NCBI GenBank assembly: GCA_951406725.2
Contig: OX597842.1
Location: 19,096,001 to 19,160,000 of the forward strand
From: Octopus vulgaris
Lineage: Eukaryota
Direction of reading: 5' to 3'
Length of the DNA: 64,000 nt
Each line of letters starts with the position of its first letter. Within the stretch, counting starts at the first letter, position 1. The position numbers were made by a program, and so were the translations under genes. The notes under the pieces were generated by a model, which was not told the origin of the DNA, did not search any database, and was given only the letters and a program-made list of their open reading frames with translations. Shown one piece after another: positions 62,881-64,000 of this stretch.

Positions 62881-63496
62881 GGTGTTTACACAAATTATCT
62901 TCATTTTTTATGTATCATCATCATCATTGGTTTAACATCGTCTTTTCTAAAACGCTGCTCCATCTTACTCTTGTCCGACCAATGCAAGAATCGAAAGACG
63001 GACGTTAAAATGCTATGGTCGATGATGATGGTGGTTTCCACTGAAATACACCGTCTTTCAGTTAATTTTGGAAATAATGAACAATTTAGAAAAAATAACC
63101 GTTTTTCTGAAGCTGGTATTTGGTGGTGGTGGGGGAGAAACACAACGAAACATATTTAAATAGGCTTCAACACAGTTTCCGTTTTCCAAATCCACTCACA
63201 AAGCCTGTAAACAAGTTGTCATTTTGATTCAGTGTCCCCCATGCATACAATGATGTATTACACATCCCAGCAGAAAGATCGCCCCCCGCCCCCGGATGTG
63301 GGGAGAAACACAGACACACATATTTACACAATGGGCTTCAACATAGTTTCCGTTTTCCAAATTCATTCACAGAAATGCTTAAAAACTTGTGTCAGGGGGA
63401 GGGGAACACACACGCCACAGAAACCAGACCCACGAGCCTGGCAAGGCTTGAAAGGCACTTCTTTATGAAAAACTTTGTGACAACAAGTGAGCGAAG

Positions 63497-63790
63497 AAAA
63501 ATTTTTTGGAGAGATTTGAAACACTTCTCCAAATGTAAGAAAAATTTTTGGAGAGATTTGAAACACTTCTCCAAATGTAAGAAACATTTTTGGAGAGATT
63601 TGAAACACTTCTCCAAATGTAAGAAAAATTTTTGGAGAGATTTGAAACACTTCTCCAAATGTAAGAAAAATTTTTGGAGAGATTTGAAACACTTCTCCAA
63701 ATGTAAGAAAAATTTTTGGAGAGATTTGAAACACTTCTCCAAATGTAAGAAAAATTTTTGGAGAGATTTGAAACACTTCTCCAAATGTAA
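63497..63790. repeat. 42-bp minisatellite x7
   Basis: The unit AAAAATTTTTGGAGAGATTTGAAACACTTCTCCAAATGTAAG repeats head to tail with no spacers and an internal hairpin. Confidence 0.95.
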
Positions 63791-64000
63791 TAATAATAAT
63801 ATTTGTTATCATAGTTATCAGAATCTATCGGATGTATACGAATCGTTTTTCTTAAACGATAATAAAAAAGTTCAGAAGATGATACTCAAAAGAATTCTTA
63901 CCAAATAAACGCAAAACCAGAAGCTCCTTGAATTCATTAAAGCAGAAAAAGCCACGGTTATCTACAGGGTGGGGAAGCAAAATTTACAATGAACGTTAAG

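Noticed and set aside
63363-63908. 42-bp repeats with an internal hairpin as a CRISPR array, or their ORFs as genes
   Set aside because: The units are contiguous with no unique spacers, there are no cas genes, and the context is eukaryotic. The ORFs are repeat shadows.

Overview
AT-rich, microsatellite-laden eukaryotic DNA. The SINE families and the tandem C2H2 zinc-finger array suggest an octopus or other cephalopod host (inference). Layout: (1) 1-2.4 kb, a near-homogeneous 84-bp C2H2 zinc-finger array. (2) 2.5-20.7 kb, SINEs, a 5'-truncated CR1/L2-group LINE, MITEs and many fold-back repeats, several with minimal hammerhead-ribozyme-like motifs. (3) 20.96-50.2 kb, a spliced gene missed by the ORF track: a signal-peptide exon, 14 symmetric phase-1 micro-exons of 54-69 nt (8 of them amplified inside a Helitron/piggyBac-MITE higher-order array), a transmembrane exon, and a last exon interrupted by an RTE LINE with an 8-bp TSD. 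It predicts a type I membrane protein of about 330-345 aa with a modular stalk. (4) 49.9-60.2 kb, a mosaic of co-oriented fragments of LINE, gypsy-gag, mariner, Merlin and Tc1 elements and two divergent parvovirus/densovirus NS1 endogenous viral elements, resembling a uni-strand piRNA cluster. All calls were read by eye; no searches were run.
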